64,000 nt of DNA, taken from assembly GCA_016187225.1 (NCBI GenBank), contig JACPKC010000006.1:89051-153050 (forward strand), read 5' to 3'. Of this stretch, positions 19,022 through 28,613 are shown piece after piece (position 1 is the stretch's first letter; the number at the start of each line of letters is the position of its first letter). The position numbers and the translations under genes are program-made. This DNA is from Candidatus Berkelbacteria bacterium (lineage in GTDB: Bacteria; Patescibacteriota; UBA1384; JACPKC01). The notes beneath the pieces were generated by a model that ran no database searches, was not told where the DNA came from, and saw only the letters and a list, made by a program, of their open reading frames with translations.

Positions 19022-20002
19022 CTAAAATTCTACGAACGTGAGTTTGTTGTCGATCTGCAGGAGCGACCAAATTATTTTTGCTAATTTTTGAGAATCGTGT
19101 CTTAAGAGATTACCTTTCGCGGCGATTCGCGCCTGAACAAAACGACAAGAAAATTCTTTCGGATTAGCAAGCGTGAATCTGACTGGATCGGCGTGTTCAC
19201 GAGCATAGATCGCTTTGGTTTTTTTATCTAAACGCAGATTGCCGACAATTACATAGTCTAGAACACCTTTCCCGAGATATTTTTCAAGCGACCGCATGAA
19301 ATCCTCGACTGTATAGTTGTTGGTTTCACCGTACTTGGTCATCAAATTACAGATGTACACAATAGTTGCGCGCGAGTGCCTAATTGCCCGCGACATCCCG
19401 CTCACCAAAAGATTGGCGATCACGCTCCCATAGAGATCGCCGGGGCCAAGAATAATCATATCGGCACGATTGATTGCTTTTAGTGCCTTGGGGTTGATTT
19501 TGGCAGGAGAGTTTAAGAACAGACGTTTGATTTTTAGGTTCGGATCGTGTTTAGGGATATCAATATTTGTCTCGCCAATGATAATCTCTCCATTTTCTAA
19601 TTCTGCTTGAAGACGGCGATTTTCGAGCGTGACTGGGTAAACTTTCCCCTTGACTCGCAAGAGGCGAGCGGCTTCGCTGATCGCCTGTTCGTCTGAACCA
19701 GTGAGTTCCCGCAAAGCAGTGATAAAAAGATTGCCAAATGAATGGCCCGCAACGGCGCCTTTAATAAAACGATATTGGAAAAGTTCTTTCATCATTTCAG
19801 GCGACTCTGAAAGCGCAACGATACAGCGACGAACATCGCCGGGTGGCAGGATCCCAAATTCATCGCGCAATTCACCCGTACTGCCACCATCATCTGTCAT
19901 CGCCACAATCGCAGTTAAGTCTAGATCATACTCACGCATACCCTTCAGAAGAGTATAAAGACCCGTGCCGCCACCAATTGCAACTACACGTAAACGCCGC
20001 AT
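19022..20002 (-). CDS. yvcK: gluconeogenesis factor YvcK (UPF0052/CofD-like)
   Basis: VVAIGGGTGL start and conserved family core. Confidence 0.85.
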   Translation of the reverse strand: MRRLRVVAIGGGTGLYTLLKGMREYDLDLTAIVAMTDDGGSTGELRDEFGILPPGDVRRCIVALSESPEMMKELFQYRFIKGAVAGHSFGNLFITALRELTGSDEQAISEAARLLRVKGKVYPVTLENRRLQAELENGEIIIGETNIDIPKHDPNLKIKRLFLNSPAKINPKALKAINRADMIILGPGDLYGSVIANLLVSGMSRAIRHSRATIVYICNLMTKYGETNNYTVEDFMRSLEKYLGKGVLDYVIVGNLRLDKKTKAIYAREHADPVRFTLANPKEFSCRFVQARIAAKGNLLRHDSQKLAKIIWSLLQIDNKLTFVEF

Positions 20003-20015
20003 GTGGAATATATTA

Positions 20016-21230
20016 TCAGTTTTTCACTCGCGTGAAGCCTAAGTTTTTTAACTTTTTCTGGTACTCACCTATCGAATAGAGTGAGCCGGTGCAAACAATG
20101 GGTAAAAAATTTAGCGTGAGTGCGGCTTCGAGCGCTTGACTTGGGTTCGGTTTGGCAAGAGCTTTAAGCCTGAAATGAGAAAAAATCTGCATGAGCTTAT
20201 TTAACGCAAAGTGGCGACGTGTTGCAGTTTTAAACTCTGTTGCGACCCAATTGATAGTAATCGGCAGGAGTGCTTTCAGCATCCCTTCAACATCCTTGCC
20301 ACACGAAAAATTAATTATACAATTCACGTTCGTATCAGAAAATATTCCTTGAATTGAGACTGACAGGGCTTCCGTTTTCTGCGGATTATGCGCGCCGTCT
20401 AAAATTACAAAACGTCTATCTCTCTGCCAGATTTCAAACCGGCCGGGCAGGGTCGCCGTGTCAAGCACTTTACGAACGTGAGTTTTTTGTATTTTATCCT
20501 TCGAACGTTCGGAAATTAATTGCAAAGCAGAAAAGGCAAGGGCGAGATTTTCTCGCTGGTGATTACCCAAAAGATTGAAACGCAAATTTCCCCAAATCCC
20601 GTTTTGTGTTTGCAGTGAAAGCAAAGTGCCTTTTAAGGTTGGATGAAATTCCGGTACAATTTTGCGCGGGTCGATCGAAGTCACCAGTGCCCCAACCTGC
20701 CTTGCTCGCTCATGGATTGGCCCAAGAATTTCAGATGCTTGATCTAATACAATAACTCGACTGCCGCGCTGAATAATGCCGGCCTTTTGGGTAGTAATTT
20801 CAACTAGGGTTTTGCCTAATATCCGGGTGTGGTCTAGGCCGATCCGCGTAATCACAACAATTTTGTCGCCCTGCATTGCATTTGTCGCATCGTATAATCC
20901 TCCTAAACCGGTTTCGACGACTGCATATTGAACACCTTGGTTTTTAAAAGCGACCAGAGCAGTGGCAACTAAAATTTCGAAATAAGTTGCCCGAACCGAC
21001 GTCCTTAAAACCTTTTTGAGCGCGAGAATGAAGCGCTTTTTGCTGATTAGTTGACTATTAATTTGAACCCGTTCTCGAATATCAATGAGATGCGGCGAAA
21101 GTTGAAGTCCAACCTTAAAATGATGGGCGGAAAGAAATTGGCTGATGAGCGTTGCCGTCGAACCTTTGCCAGATGTGCCCGCCACATGAATTATTTGCAT
21201 CGAACGTTCTGGATTGCCAAGCGCTTTCAA
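20016..21230 (-). CDS. folC: folylpolyglutamate synthase/dihydrofolate synthase (Mur ligase family)
   Basis: HVAGTSGKGST ATP-binding motif. Confidence 0.85.
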   Translation of the reverse strand: MKALGNPERSMQIIHVAGTSGKGSTATLISQFLSAHHFKVGLQLSPHLIDIRERVQINSQLISKKRFILALKKVLRTSVRATYFEILVATALVAFKNQGVQYAVVETGLGGLYDATNAMQGDKIVVITRIGLDHTRILGKTLVEITTQKAGIIQRGSRVIVLDQASEILGPIHERARQVGALVTSIDPRKIVPEFHPTLKGTLLSLQTQNGIWGNLRFNLLGNHQRENLALAFSALQLISERSKDKIQKTHVRKVLDTATLPGRFEIWQRDRRFVILDGAHNPQKTEALSVSIQGIFSDTNVNCIINFSCGKDVEGMLKALLPITINWVATEFKTATRRHFALNKLMQIFSHFRLKALAKPNPSQALEAALTLNFLPIVCTGSLYSIGEYQKKLKNLGFTRVKN

Positions 21231-21387
21231 AAGTTTTTTTGTTCGTTCTAGGCCAAGCGCGCCAGGAAAGCGTGTACTCCGACTATGCGGAACCAGGCGA
21301 TCTAAATATTCAACCGCTTCTTGAAATGTATTCGGGAAAAGTTGATGGGAAATAATTATACTCTGTGAAAAGTTTTGTCTTGGCGCT

Positions 21388-21680
21388 GTAATTATACACT
21401 TTGCGCGAACCTACTACGAACGGAAAACCGACTAAGGAAGCCAGCTCGCCGCCGCTCGCTAACACTCGCCGCCCAGCAAAAAAGTTTTCTCTGCGTTTCT
21501 GATTTCGCGCGCACCCGATTTTTTCTTCTAAAAGGAAAAGAAAACTTTTTTGCTGGCTTCTGCTCTCTCCGAGCAGGGCGGCGGGCTTGGCCTCTGTTTT
21601 TTGCAAGAACACGGCGGAATTCCCCCCACACCCCCCTTCCGCCGTGTTCTTGCGGGGACGGACGGAATTTTTGGCGGTGG
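21388..21680. repeat. ~290-bp inverted repeat, left copy
   Basis: About 90% identical to the reverse complement of 25724-26009. Contains a perfect 17-bp stem GCAAGAACACGGCGGAA/TTCCGCCGTGTTCTTGC with a C-rich loop, and an internal IR CAGCAAAAAAGTTTTC/GAAAACTTTTTTGCTG. Confidence 0.85.
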
Positions 21681-22634
21681 CTACTTTTCTAAATCTACTT
21701 CTTTATCTCCGAATTTCAAATTTTTCTTCGCAATCCACACAAATCCTTTTTCTGGTGTGATCACGGCAACATCAATTGAACCGCCGACGCCGGGCATATC
21801 ACCCGGGTCGCCTGCGATACCATCAGAAAATCTTTGAATGGCCGTAGTTGTTCCGATTGCCAAGGTGCTAAAATCAATGCCGTCCTGCAAAGTCATGGTA
21901 CCCCATTGGATGACGTATTCTAAACTCCTCAATTGTTTCTGAACTTCTTGCGAACCCATATCCGAAGCCATTTTTTGCATGACCGGCAAATTGCCAATTC
22001 GTCCATCAAAACCAAGAACGATTCTCGATACCACATCAATCTGACCTATCCAACTGGCACCATATTCTTGCCCTCGCTTTGTGCTATCTCTCTTGAGCTC
22101 AACATCGCCGGGAACATAAACCATCGCAACTTGGTGTGATTCATCCTGATTGTAACCAGCAACAATAAACTGCAACTGTTCTACACCAGCAACGCCTTCT
22201 TTTTGGATTCCTTTCGGGTCTTTGAATTTGAACTTAACATGACCCTTTTCTTCTTTGATCTCAATAATTTGACAGCCCTGTCGCTCCAAATCAGCTTTTA
22301 TTTGATTAGGAAGGATTTTTAACTGCTCTTTGTATTGATACTTTGTCTCAAAAAATTCTTTTATCTTTTGGGCGGTTTCAAGCATTGTTAATTTTTCGGT
22401 CTCGATACTTTTCTTAAACTCTTCGATAAACCTGCTTATGTTTTTCAAGACGCCATTTTCCGGCAAAAACGCAAGCCCCGCAACTATTAAACCTGCCCTA
22501 TCATTTATCTTGAAAACTTTTGACGCAGAATCGGAGCCGATTCTGCTCATACCTTTTTGATTTCGGTAGGACTGCCGACTATCAGCGGCTAAAACGATTC
22601 CTTCTGGTGTAGTTGTGTTGATTCCGAGACTCAT
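21681..22634 (-). CDS. proteasome beta-subunit-like Ntn hydrolase with a ~60-aa internal insertion
   Basis: N-terminal TTTPEGIVLAADSRQS resembles the proteasome-beta/HslV TTI..GVVLAADSRAT motif. C-terminal VGGSIDVAVITPEKG resembles GSGSNIDLCVI. Confidence 0.6.
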   Translation of the reverse strand: MSLGINTTTPEGIVLAADSRQSYRNQKGMSRIGSDSASKVFKINDRAGLIVAGLAFLPENGVLKNISRFIEEFKKSIETEKLTMLETAQKIKEFFETKYQYKEQLKILPNQIKADLERQGCQIIEIKEEKGHVKFKFKDPKGIQKEGVAGVEQLQFIVAGYNQDESHQVAMVYVPGDVELKRDSTKRGQEYGASWIGQIDVVSRIVLGFDGRIGNLPVMQKMASDMGSQEVQKQLRSLEYVIQWGTMTLQDGIDFSTLAIGTTTAIQRFSDGIAGDPGDMPGVGGSIDVAVITPEKGFVWIAKKNLKFGDKEVDLEK

Positions 22635-22640
22635 AGTATT

Positions 22641-23306
22641 TTATTTGTTAAGAAAATTGTTAATAATAAGTACCGCAATAATGGAATAAACAAGTGCGGT
22701 AAGGCTGTTTCCGATTATTGTGACATCCACCCAAGTCAATCCTGCGAGCAATAAAGCCCAGCTAAAGTTTCTAACAACTCCGGCGTCTTGAAATACCGTA
22801 TGCACAATGGCACCAATTCCTTTCGCTAATGCGTGTGTTGAAGTTTGACCAGATGACAGCGTGCCATTGAAATATCTGCCGATGGCCAAATTAACAGCTG
22901 TCTCAACAACAGTACGCAGATCATTTTCTATATTTGTGCCATCGGTTTTAAGCGCACCACCGTTGTAGCCAATGTTGTCAGATGTTGGCAACGATACGGT
23001 TACTCCGTTCATAAGTTCCGTCGGCTGTTTAAGCTGTTGTGGTGGTAACGATCCGGCCCGATACTGCATAGGGAAAAAGGAGACTCCTAAAAAATCCAGC
23101 GCCTTGTCAGTGAGCAGTATGGAACGCGTCTTTTGCGTTCCTTTCCGCAGATAACCGTGTCTTGTAAGTGCGGCGATGATTCCAAGGATAGATTTGTTGT
23201 CCGAAACACTAATCCCACTCACCATTTCGCGGAGAGTTGGAGAACTCCCGTATTTGAGCCGGTAGCCACTGATGTATTGGAGTAATTTCTTCTGATTATC
23301 TGTCAT
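22641..23306 (-). CDS. LexA-type winged-helix DNA-binding domain protein with C-terminal transmembrane helices (no S24 peptidase domain)
   Basis: N-terminus KKLLQYISGYRLKYGSSPTLREMVSGISVSDNKSILGIIAALTRHGYLRK fits the LexA DNA-binding domain pattern. Last ~50 aa are hydrophobic. 6-bp gap to the downstream Ntn hydrolase gene. Confidence 0.55.
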   Translation of the reverse strand: MTDNQKKLLQYISGYRLKYGSSPTLREMVSGISVSDNKSILGIIAALTRHGYLRKGTQKTRSILLTDKALDFLGVSFFPMQYRAGSLPPQQLKQPTELMNGVTVSLPTSDNIGYNGGALKTDGTNIENDLRTVVETAVNLAIGRYFNGTLSSGQTSTHALAKGIGAIVHTVFQDAGVVRNFSWALLLAGLTWVDVTIIGNSLTALVYSIIAVLIINNFLNK

Positions 23307-23371
23307 ATAAAACCATTATACTCCACCAAATGGTGGAGTCAAGTGATTTTCGCGGCCTATCCTGTGGATAA

Positions 23372-24199
23372 TTAGTAACCGAGAGCTAACTGGTCGAGCA
23401 TATCTGGCCCTTTTTCCTTGCCTACTTCTTGGTAAATACTTAAAACTTCCTCGTATGTACCCTTACCGCCAACCATGTCCCAAAATTCCTTTCCGACCAA
23501 AACCTCGTTTTCCAAATCCATGTAATTAAGAATGAAACTATGACGATACGTTGATTTTTCGATACCATAGGGATTGTATGCGGTAGCATAAAACGCTTTT
23601 GTCTTTCCGTACTTCGCGTGAGTGATTGCATGAATTTGCAAAAGTCGTCCCGTTGCTTCCAAGCATTGGCCCTTGTTCGGCTTAGGACTTTTGATTTCGA
23701 AAAACCACTCCTCGCCGGATTTTGTCTCAATGTATAAATCAGCAATGCTTACGCGCTCAACGCCCGCAACAGTTTTACTTAAATCAACAACTTCTTTTAC
23801 TAAATCGGGATATTTCGATTTCATCCCACCGCTTCCGATCCTGTTCGTTATATCTTCAATACGCTTAATTGCTTTTGCCGTAACAACACCTCGAACGCGA
23901 TATCCGCGTTCAGCGTTTTTGTGAACAGATTTTGCTACAAGACGCGCACACTCTTCAAAGGTCGTTCCGAGCTTCGTGGAAAAGGAGCGTTCAAATTCGC
24001 TTACTCGCAAAATTCCGTCCGGCAAAAGCGATTCGTGAAATGGTTTGAGATCTCCGGCTTTCGATTCGTTGCGCAACGGACGCAATTGCTTAGGGTCGAA
24101 ACCATTTTGCTTGGCTTCATCAACCATCCCTTGGATAAATCCTTCAAGATAGCCCTTGATTGTGTTTCTGACTTCTTTGGTAATCATATTCTTTGCCAA
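23372..24199 (-). CDS. putative Type II restriction endonuclease (PD-(D/E)xK-like)
   Basis: Overlaps the methyltransferase gene by 16 bp. Candidate D...EIK catalytic motif (IADLYIET...FFEIKSPK). Confidence 0.5.
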   Translation of the reverse strand: MAKNMITKEVRNTIKGYLEGFIQGMVDEAKQNGFDPKQLRPLRNESKAGDLKPFHESLLPDGILRVSEFERSFSTKLGTTFEECARLVAKSVHKNAERGYRVRGVVTAKAIKRIEDITNRIGSGGMKSKYPDLVKEVVDLSKTVAGVERVSIADLYIETKSGEEWFFEIKSPKPNKGQCLEATGRLLQIHAITHAKYGKTKAFYATAYNPYGIEKSTYRHSFILNYMDLENEVLVGKEFWDMVGGKGTYEEVLSIYQEVGKEKGPDMLDQLALGY

Positions 24200-25377
24200 A
24201 TTAAAATGCTTTCGTAAAATGCACCTTCGCGTCTTCCAGTTCGGCGGTTCACATGACGCTCAACACGTCCAATTTCCTTAAATCCCGCGTCTTCTGCTTT
24301 GTAAAGTCCGTATTTGTCGTTTACAACAATGAGAGCCAAACCTTTTGGGGCCATATATTTACGAGTATGGAGCAAAACGTCATTTATGCCTTTGATATAG
24401 CCCTGTTTTGCTTGCTGGGACTGTCCATTTTTTGCAGGCCCGATTTCTTTCGTCTCGTTATTTTTTAGACCAAGTAATTCGTAAGCGTATTTATGCTGTT
24501 CGTGGTAATCAATTAAACCAATGTAGGGGGGAGAAGTAAAAACCATATCAATGCCCTTCGGTAGCTCAACCTCGCGCGAATCCGCATGGTTTACAACTAC
24601 TTTTGCTTTTGTCTTAATTTTAGAAAATTCTTTAACGCGATCTAGAGTATCAATAGTGTAGCGCGATAAGAATTTATATGCTTCTTCAACTGGTTGGCAA
24701 GTTCGTTGGTGTTTATAGCATTGATACGGTTTTATCTGCGGCTCTTTGGGAAAATCTAAGTCATAGTGTGTAACGAGCCGAGCAGAACGCGCCGAACGAG
24801 ATAAAACAATTCTTAGTAAATCTTGGTAAGTATAATCCTTAATCAATCGCGAATAACATAAAAGCTCTTTTTGCGTGTTCGGCGCAAACCATTTTTGTAT
24901 ATATTCGTTTTTGGTCGAAAACAACTTATTTACCTTCTCGTCTTTGGAAAATTTACTTTTGTAAGTATCAAGGCGTTTCAAAATATCGTAAATTTCTTTT
25001 TCAAGAAGCGGAACATCATAATCGGCAGTTTTAACTTTTGAAAGTAAAACATTAAAAATAGATATGTCGGTGCCGACCGAATCTATGCCGAGAGCATTTG
25101 CCTCAACCAAAGTCGTTCCGCTTCCCGCGAACGGATCATAAACAAGGGTTGGTTTATATTTCCGCAAAAATATCTCTACAAGTTGTGGAATGAATTTACC
25201 GAGATAAGGATGTAAGCGATGAACATGCTTTGTTCTCTGATATTCCGGCAAATCGCTCTCGCGCCAATTCAAATTTAATGTTTCAAGGGCGGTTTCCGGT
25301 TTTACACTCGCAAAATCGGTCAGCGGTTGCTGATTATATTGCTTTGCTATTTTTTGTGCGATTGTGTTGTCGTACAT
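24184..25377 (-). CDS. DNA methyltransferase (N6-adenine/N4-cytosine class, alpha architecture)
   Basis: Motif I DPFAGSGTT and motif IV TSPPY. Confidence 0.85.
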   Translation of the reverse strand: MYDNTIAQKIAKQYNQQPLTDFASVKPETALETLNLNWRESDLPEYQRTKHVHRLHPYLGKFIPQLVEIFLRKYKPTLVYDPFAGSGTTLVEANALGIDSVGTDISIFNVLLSKVKTADYDVPLLEKEIYDILKRLDTYKSKFSKDEKVNKLFSTKNEYIQKWFAPNTQKELLCYSRLIKDYTYQDLLRIVLSRSARSARLVTHYDLDFPKEPQIKPYQCYKHQRTCQPVEEAYKFLSRYTIDTLDRVKEFSKIKTKAKVVVNHADSREVELPKGIDMVFTSPPYIGLIDYHEQHKYAYELLGLKNNETKEIGPAKNGQSQQAKQGYIKGINDVLLHTRKYMAPKGLALIVVNDKYGLYKAEDAGFKEIGRVERHVNRRTGRREGAFYESILIWQRI

Positions 25378-25381
25378 AGTT

Positions 25382-25582
25382 TTATTTTTTCAAAAGATCA
25401 TCAACAGACACATCAAGGGCTTTCGCAATCCTTTGGATTGTCTCAATAGTCGGGTTGGGGCTTTCATCCAACTCTATCTTAACAACCGTATTGAGCGACA
25501 AATCAGCAAGTTTTGAGAGCTTATCTTGCGAAAGCCCCTTGTCTTGTCTAAATCGTTTTATGTTCTTGCCTATTGTGGACAT
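25382..25582 (-). CDS. XRE-family HTH controller (C) protein of the R-M operon
   Basis: 66-aa HTH protein (GLSQDKLSKLADLSLNTVVKIE) 4 bp upstream of the methyltransferase gene. Confidence 0.75.
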   Translation of the reverse strand: MSTIGKNIKRFRQDKGLSQDKLSKLADLSLNTVVKIELDESPNPTIETIQRIAKALDVSVDDLLKK

Positions 25583-25723
25583 AGTAGATTATAATGTATG
25601 GAAAGTGATATAATACTTGTATGGCTTGCATATCAATAATATCAACTTTCCATTCTTTTAACAAATTAGGGAGTTCCTTTACCTTTTCCGCGCAGGGAGG
25701 GAGGGGCAAGGAAAAGAATAATG

Positions 25724-26009
25724 CCACCGCCAAAAATTCCGTCCGTCCCCGCAAGAACACGGCGGAAGGGGGGTGTGGGGGGAATTCCGCCGTGTTCTTG
25801 CAAAAAACAGAGGCCAAGCCCGCCGCCCTGCTCGGAGAGAGCCGAACCCAGCAAAAAAGTTTTCCTTTCCTTTTAGAAGAAAAAATCCGGCGCGCGCAAA
25901 AGAAAAGCAGAGAAAACTTTTTTGCTGGCTGGCGAGCGTCAGCGAGCGGCGGCGGAGCGAATCAGTTGCCGTTTCGTTCAAAAAAGGTTCGCGCAAAGTG
26001 TATAATTAC
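25724..26009. repeat. ~290-bp inverted repeat, right copy
   Basis: Reverse complement of 21388-21680. Outer end is 4 bp from the 3' end of tRNA-Leu(TAG). Confidence 0.85.
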
Positions 26010-26013
26010 TACT

Positions 26014-26099
26014 GGTGCCCGGGAGAGGACTCGAACCTCCACGCCCAGAGGGCACATGGTCCTAAGCCATGCCTGTCTGCCAGTTCCAGCACCCGGGCA
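26014..26099 (-). tRNA. tRNA-Leu(TAG)
   Basis: Long variable arm. Anticodon stem CATGG/CCATG, loop CTTAGGA. Acceptor GCCCGGG/CCCGGGC. Confidence 0.8.
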
Positions 26100-26145
26100 G
26101 GTGAGCTACTTTAACAGATTTTACCTTGGTTTTCTAGAGCCAATC

Positions 26146-26676
26146 CTAGGGTGCGGTAATGAGTGGTTCGAGTTGAGCATAGGTTTTATCGCCAATGCCC
26201 TTCACTTCGAGGAGCTCCTCGATTGCTTGGAAACCATTATTGGCTTGGCGGTAATCGATAATCGCTTGGGCCTTACTTGGTCCGATGCCAGGCAGAGTAT
26301 CCAGCTCTTCAACAGAAGCAGTGTTAAGATTGATTTTACCGTTAGTTGCCATGGGAGCAGTTTTAGAATCTTCTTCTGGTTCGAATTCAGTTCTCACGCC
26401 CTTAACAACCGGCTTGGCTTGCCCTTCTTTTAATTGATTCAATTCTGCTTGAATGCCGTTATTCTCTTCATGTAATGATTCGAGCGCTTGTAAGATTTCG
26501 GGATTCAATTCAGCAGTTTGAGGTTTTGTGGCGACATTCCGCTCCCAATAGGCAATCGCAAAACTACTCGACGCTAATGCCAAAAATAGAAAAAAGAGCG
26601 GCCAACGATACTCACGAATCCATTCAATCAGCTGATTTTTCACCTTCCCTCCTGTGCCAGGCGCGCCAAGCTTCAA
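26146..26676 (-). CDS. comEA: ComEA-like helix-hairpin-helix DNA-binding competence protein
   Basis: C-terminal tandem HhH ([13 protein letters not shown]...[12 protein letters not shown]). N-terminal TM helix. TTG start. Confidence 0.8.
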   Translation of the reverse strand: MKLGAPGTGGKVKNQLIEWIREYRWPLFFLFLALASSSFAIAYWERNVATKPQTAELNPEILQALESLHEENNGIQAELNQLKEGQAKPVVKGVRTEFEPEEDSKTAPMATNGKINLNTASVEELDTLPGIGPSKAQAIIDYRQANNGFQAIEELLEVKGIGDKTYAQLEPLITAP

Positions 26677-28612
26677 GCTCTTGAGGCGGATCTTCTAACC
26701 ACTTTTTTGCAATTACTCTTGCTTGTTCCATTTTGAGCGTATCAGTGAGCGAGGCAAGTCTCAACGGTGGCAAACCCGCTTGATCTATACCAAGCAAATC
26801 GCCTGGACCACGAAGTTTTAGATCAAGCTCGGCAAGCGCAAATCCGTCCTCGATGCGAACAAACGCTTCCAAGCGTTCACTCGCCACGGCATTGCTCGAA
26901 ATCACAATGCAAGTACTGGCGTTTTTACCACGACCAACTCGACCACGAAGTTGATGAAGTTGCGCCAGACCAAACTGTTCGGCATATTCAATCACTATCA
27001 AGGTTGCATTCGGAACATCGATCCCGACTTCGACGATTGACGTTGCAACCAAAAAATGAATCTCTCCTTTAAGAAATGCGTCGACTGCTGTTTGCTGAAC
27101 TTTCAGTGGGAGTTGCCCATGACAAACCTCAATTCGAGCCGAAGGAAGTTGTTTTCTATACCGCTCGCAAACTTCCTGAATTGATTCCAGTTGAGATTCA
27201 ACCGATGCATTGATTCTGGGTACGACAATGAAACCCTGGCTACCGGAAATGAATGTTTTTTCAAGCTCGCGATAAACCGATGCATAATTCTGCGTTTGCA
27301 AGAACACTGATCGGATGGGCTGTTGATGCAAAGGCTTCTCTTTGAGCAGACTAACGTTTGTCTCGCCATAAAGACTTAGCGCCAAGGATCTAGGAATCGG
27401 TGTGGCCGTCATGATTAGTGTATGTGGCACACGTCCGTTAGATTTTTGTTTTAACACTTCACGTTGCTCAACGCCAAAACGATGTTGTTCATCGATAATG
27501 ATTAGCCCAAACGGAGCCTGCCAGTCGCGAGTGAGAAGCGCGTGAGTGCCAATAACCAAAGTTGGCTGAATTAAGTTTGGCGTTTGAATGCCAGCGACAA
27601 CAAGCGTGGATTGAATCTTAAGTTGGCTCAAAAGTGATTGGATTCGATCATGCAACTGGCGCGCCAAAATTTGCGTCGGCGCCATCCAAGAAACATGCTG
27701 TTTGTTATCTAAAACAGTCAATGCGACAAAAAGTCCAACAATCGTTTTCCCGCTTCCCACATCTCCTTGCAAAAGATAGTTGAGCGGCTTGCCGTACGAC
27801 ATTTCCTGAACGATGCGCCATGCGCTTCGCCTCTGGCCATCTGTTAAAGTAAAGGGTAAAACATCACGAAGTTTCCGAAGAATTTTTTCATTCACTCTAA
27901 TAATCGGACTTCTGGTTCTCTTAAAATTCTGTTTAGTAAGCATGAGTTCATATTGTAAAAAGAGGAGTTCATCCAAAGCAATTCGTTTACGAGCGCAAGC
28001 TAATTGTTTTGGATCTTGCGGGCGATGAAGTGCATACACTGCTTCATTAAGTTGCGGCGACAGATCGGGGAGCGGATTTGGAATCGATAGTTGCTCTACC
28101 AGGGGTTGAATAAGTAAGCGTATCAAGCGCGAGGTGATGCCGGCAGTTTCCGGATAAATTGAAAGCATTCCACGCGTTGATTCTCGTTGAGGATTCACAA
28201 GTGTTACTCGGTTTTCTTGCCAATCCCAACGCGCATAACCAACAAGCAGAAGCTTCTTGCCTGCCTTAAGTGTGCGAGCGAGATAATCTTGCTGGAACCA
28301 AACGATCGGCAGTTCATTGCCCTTGCCGTCGCTCAAAAGCGCTGTGATTCGACTCTTGCGTTTACCAATTCTACGTTCGTGGTGAATTTGACGAAGAGAG
28401 CCTTCAACGACAACAAGCTCATCTCTGCGAATTGATTCAAATGGTTGAGGCGAACGTAAATCAAGCCAAGCGCGAGGCCAGTGTAAAAGCAAATCATTCA
28501 CGGTCGTGATGTTAATCCGAGCAAGCTTTGCCGCGATCGCCGGACCAACCCTCGGTAAAATTGTCACTGGGCGTTCAAGTAAGATCGGCGGGATAGCTTG
28601 AGAAACCGACAT
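26624..28612 (-). CDS. recG: ATP-dependent DNA helicase RecG
   Basis: Wedge domain plus helicase motifs GDVGSGKT and DEQHRFGV. Confidence 0.9.
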   Translation of the reverse strand: MSVSQAIPPILLERPVTILPRVGPAIAAKLARINITTVNDLLLHWPRAWLDLRSPQPFESIRRDELVVVEGSLRQIHHERRIGKRKSRITALLSDGKGNELPIVWFQQDYLARTLKAGKKLLLVGYARWDWQENRVTLVNPQRESTRGMLSIYPETAGITSRLIRLLIQPLVEQLSIPNPLPDLSPQLNEAVYALHRPQDPKQLACARKRIALDELLFLQYELMLTKQNFKRTRSPIIRVNEKILRKLRDVLPFTLTDGQRRSAWRIVQEMSYGKPLNYLLQGDVGSGKTIVGLFVALTVLDNKQHVSWMAPTQILARQLHDRIQSLLSQLKIQSTLVVAGIQTPNLIQPTLVIGTHALLTRDWQAPFGLIIIDEQHRFGVEQREVLKQKSNGRVPHTLIMTATPIPRSLALSLYGETNVSLLKEKPLHQQPIRSVFLQTQNYASVYRELEKTFISGSQGFIVVPRINASVESQLESIQEVCERYRKQLPSARIEVCHGQLPLKVQQTAVDAFLKGEIHFLVATSIVEVGIDVPNATLIVIEYAEQFGLAQLHQLRGRVGRGKNASTCIVISSNAVASERLEAFVRIEDGFALAELDLKLRGPGDLLGIDQAGLPPLRLASLTDTLKMEQARVIAKKWLEDPPQELEAWRAWHRREGEKSAD

Positions 28613-28613
28613 A

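Noticed and set aside
10382-20490. Considered the CGAAC-containing motif as a LexA Cheo box (CGAACN4GTTCG) or HrcA CIRCE
   Set aside because: The second half-site is absent (GTGAATTGTAT instead of NNNNGTTCG). No CIRCE consensus is present upstream of grpE or elsewhere.
21392-21631. Basic, Arg-rich ORFs (79 aa at 21392-21631, and 113 aa at 25773-26114, among others) lying inside the 290-bp inverted repeats
   Set aside because: They are mirror images created by the repeated DNA. They have extreme composition, no RBS, and span the long hairpins. They are treated as non-coding repeat sequence.
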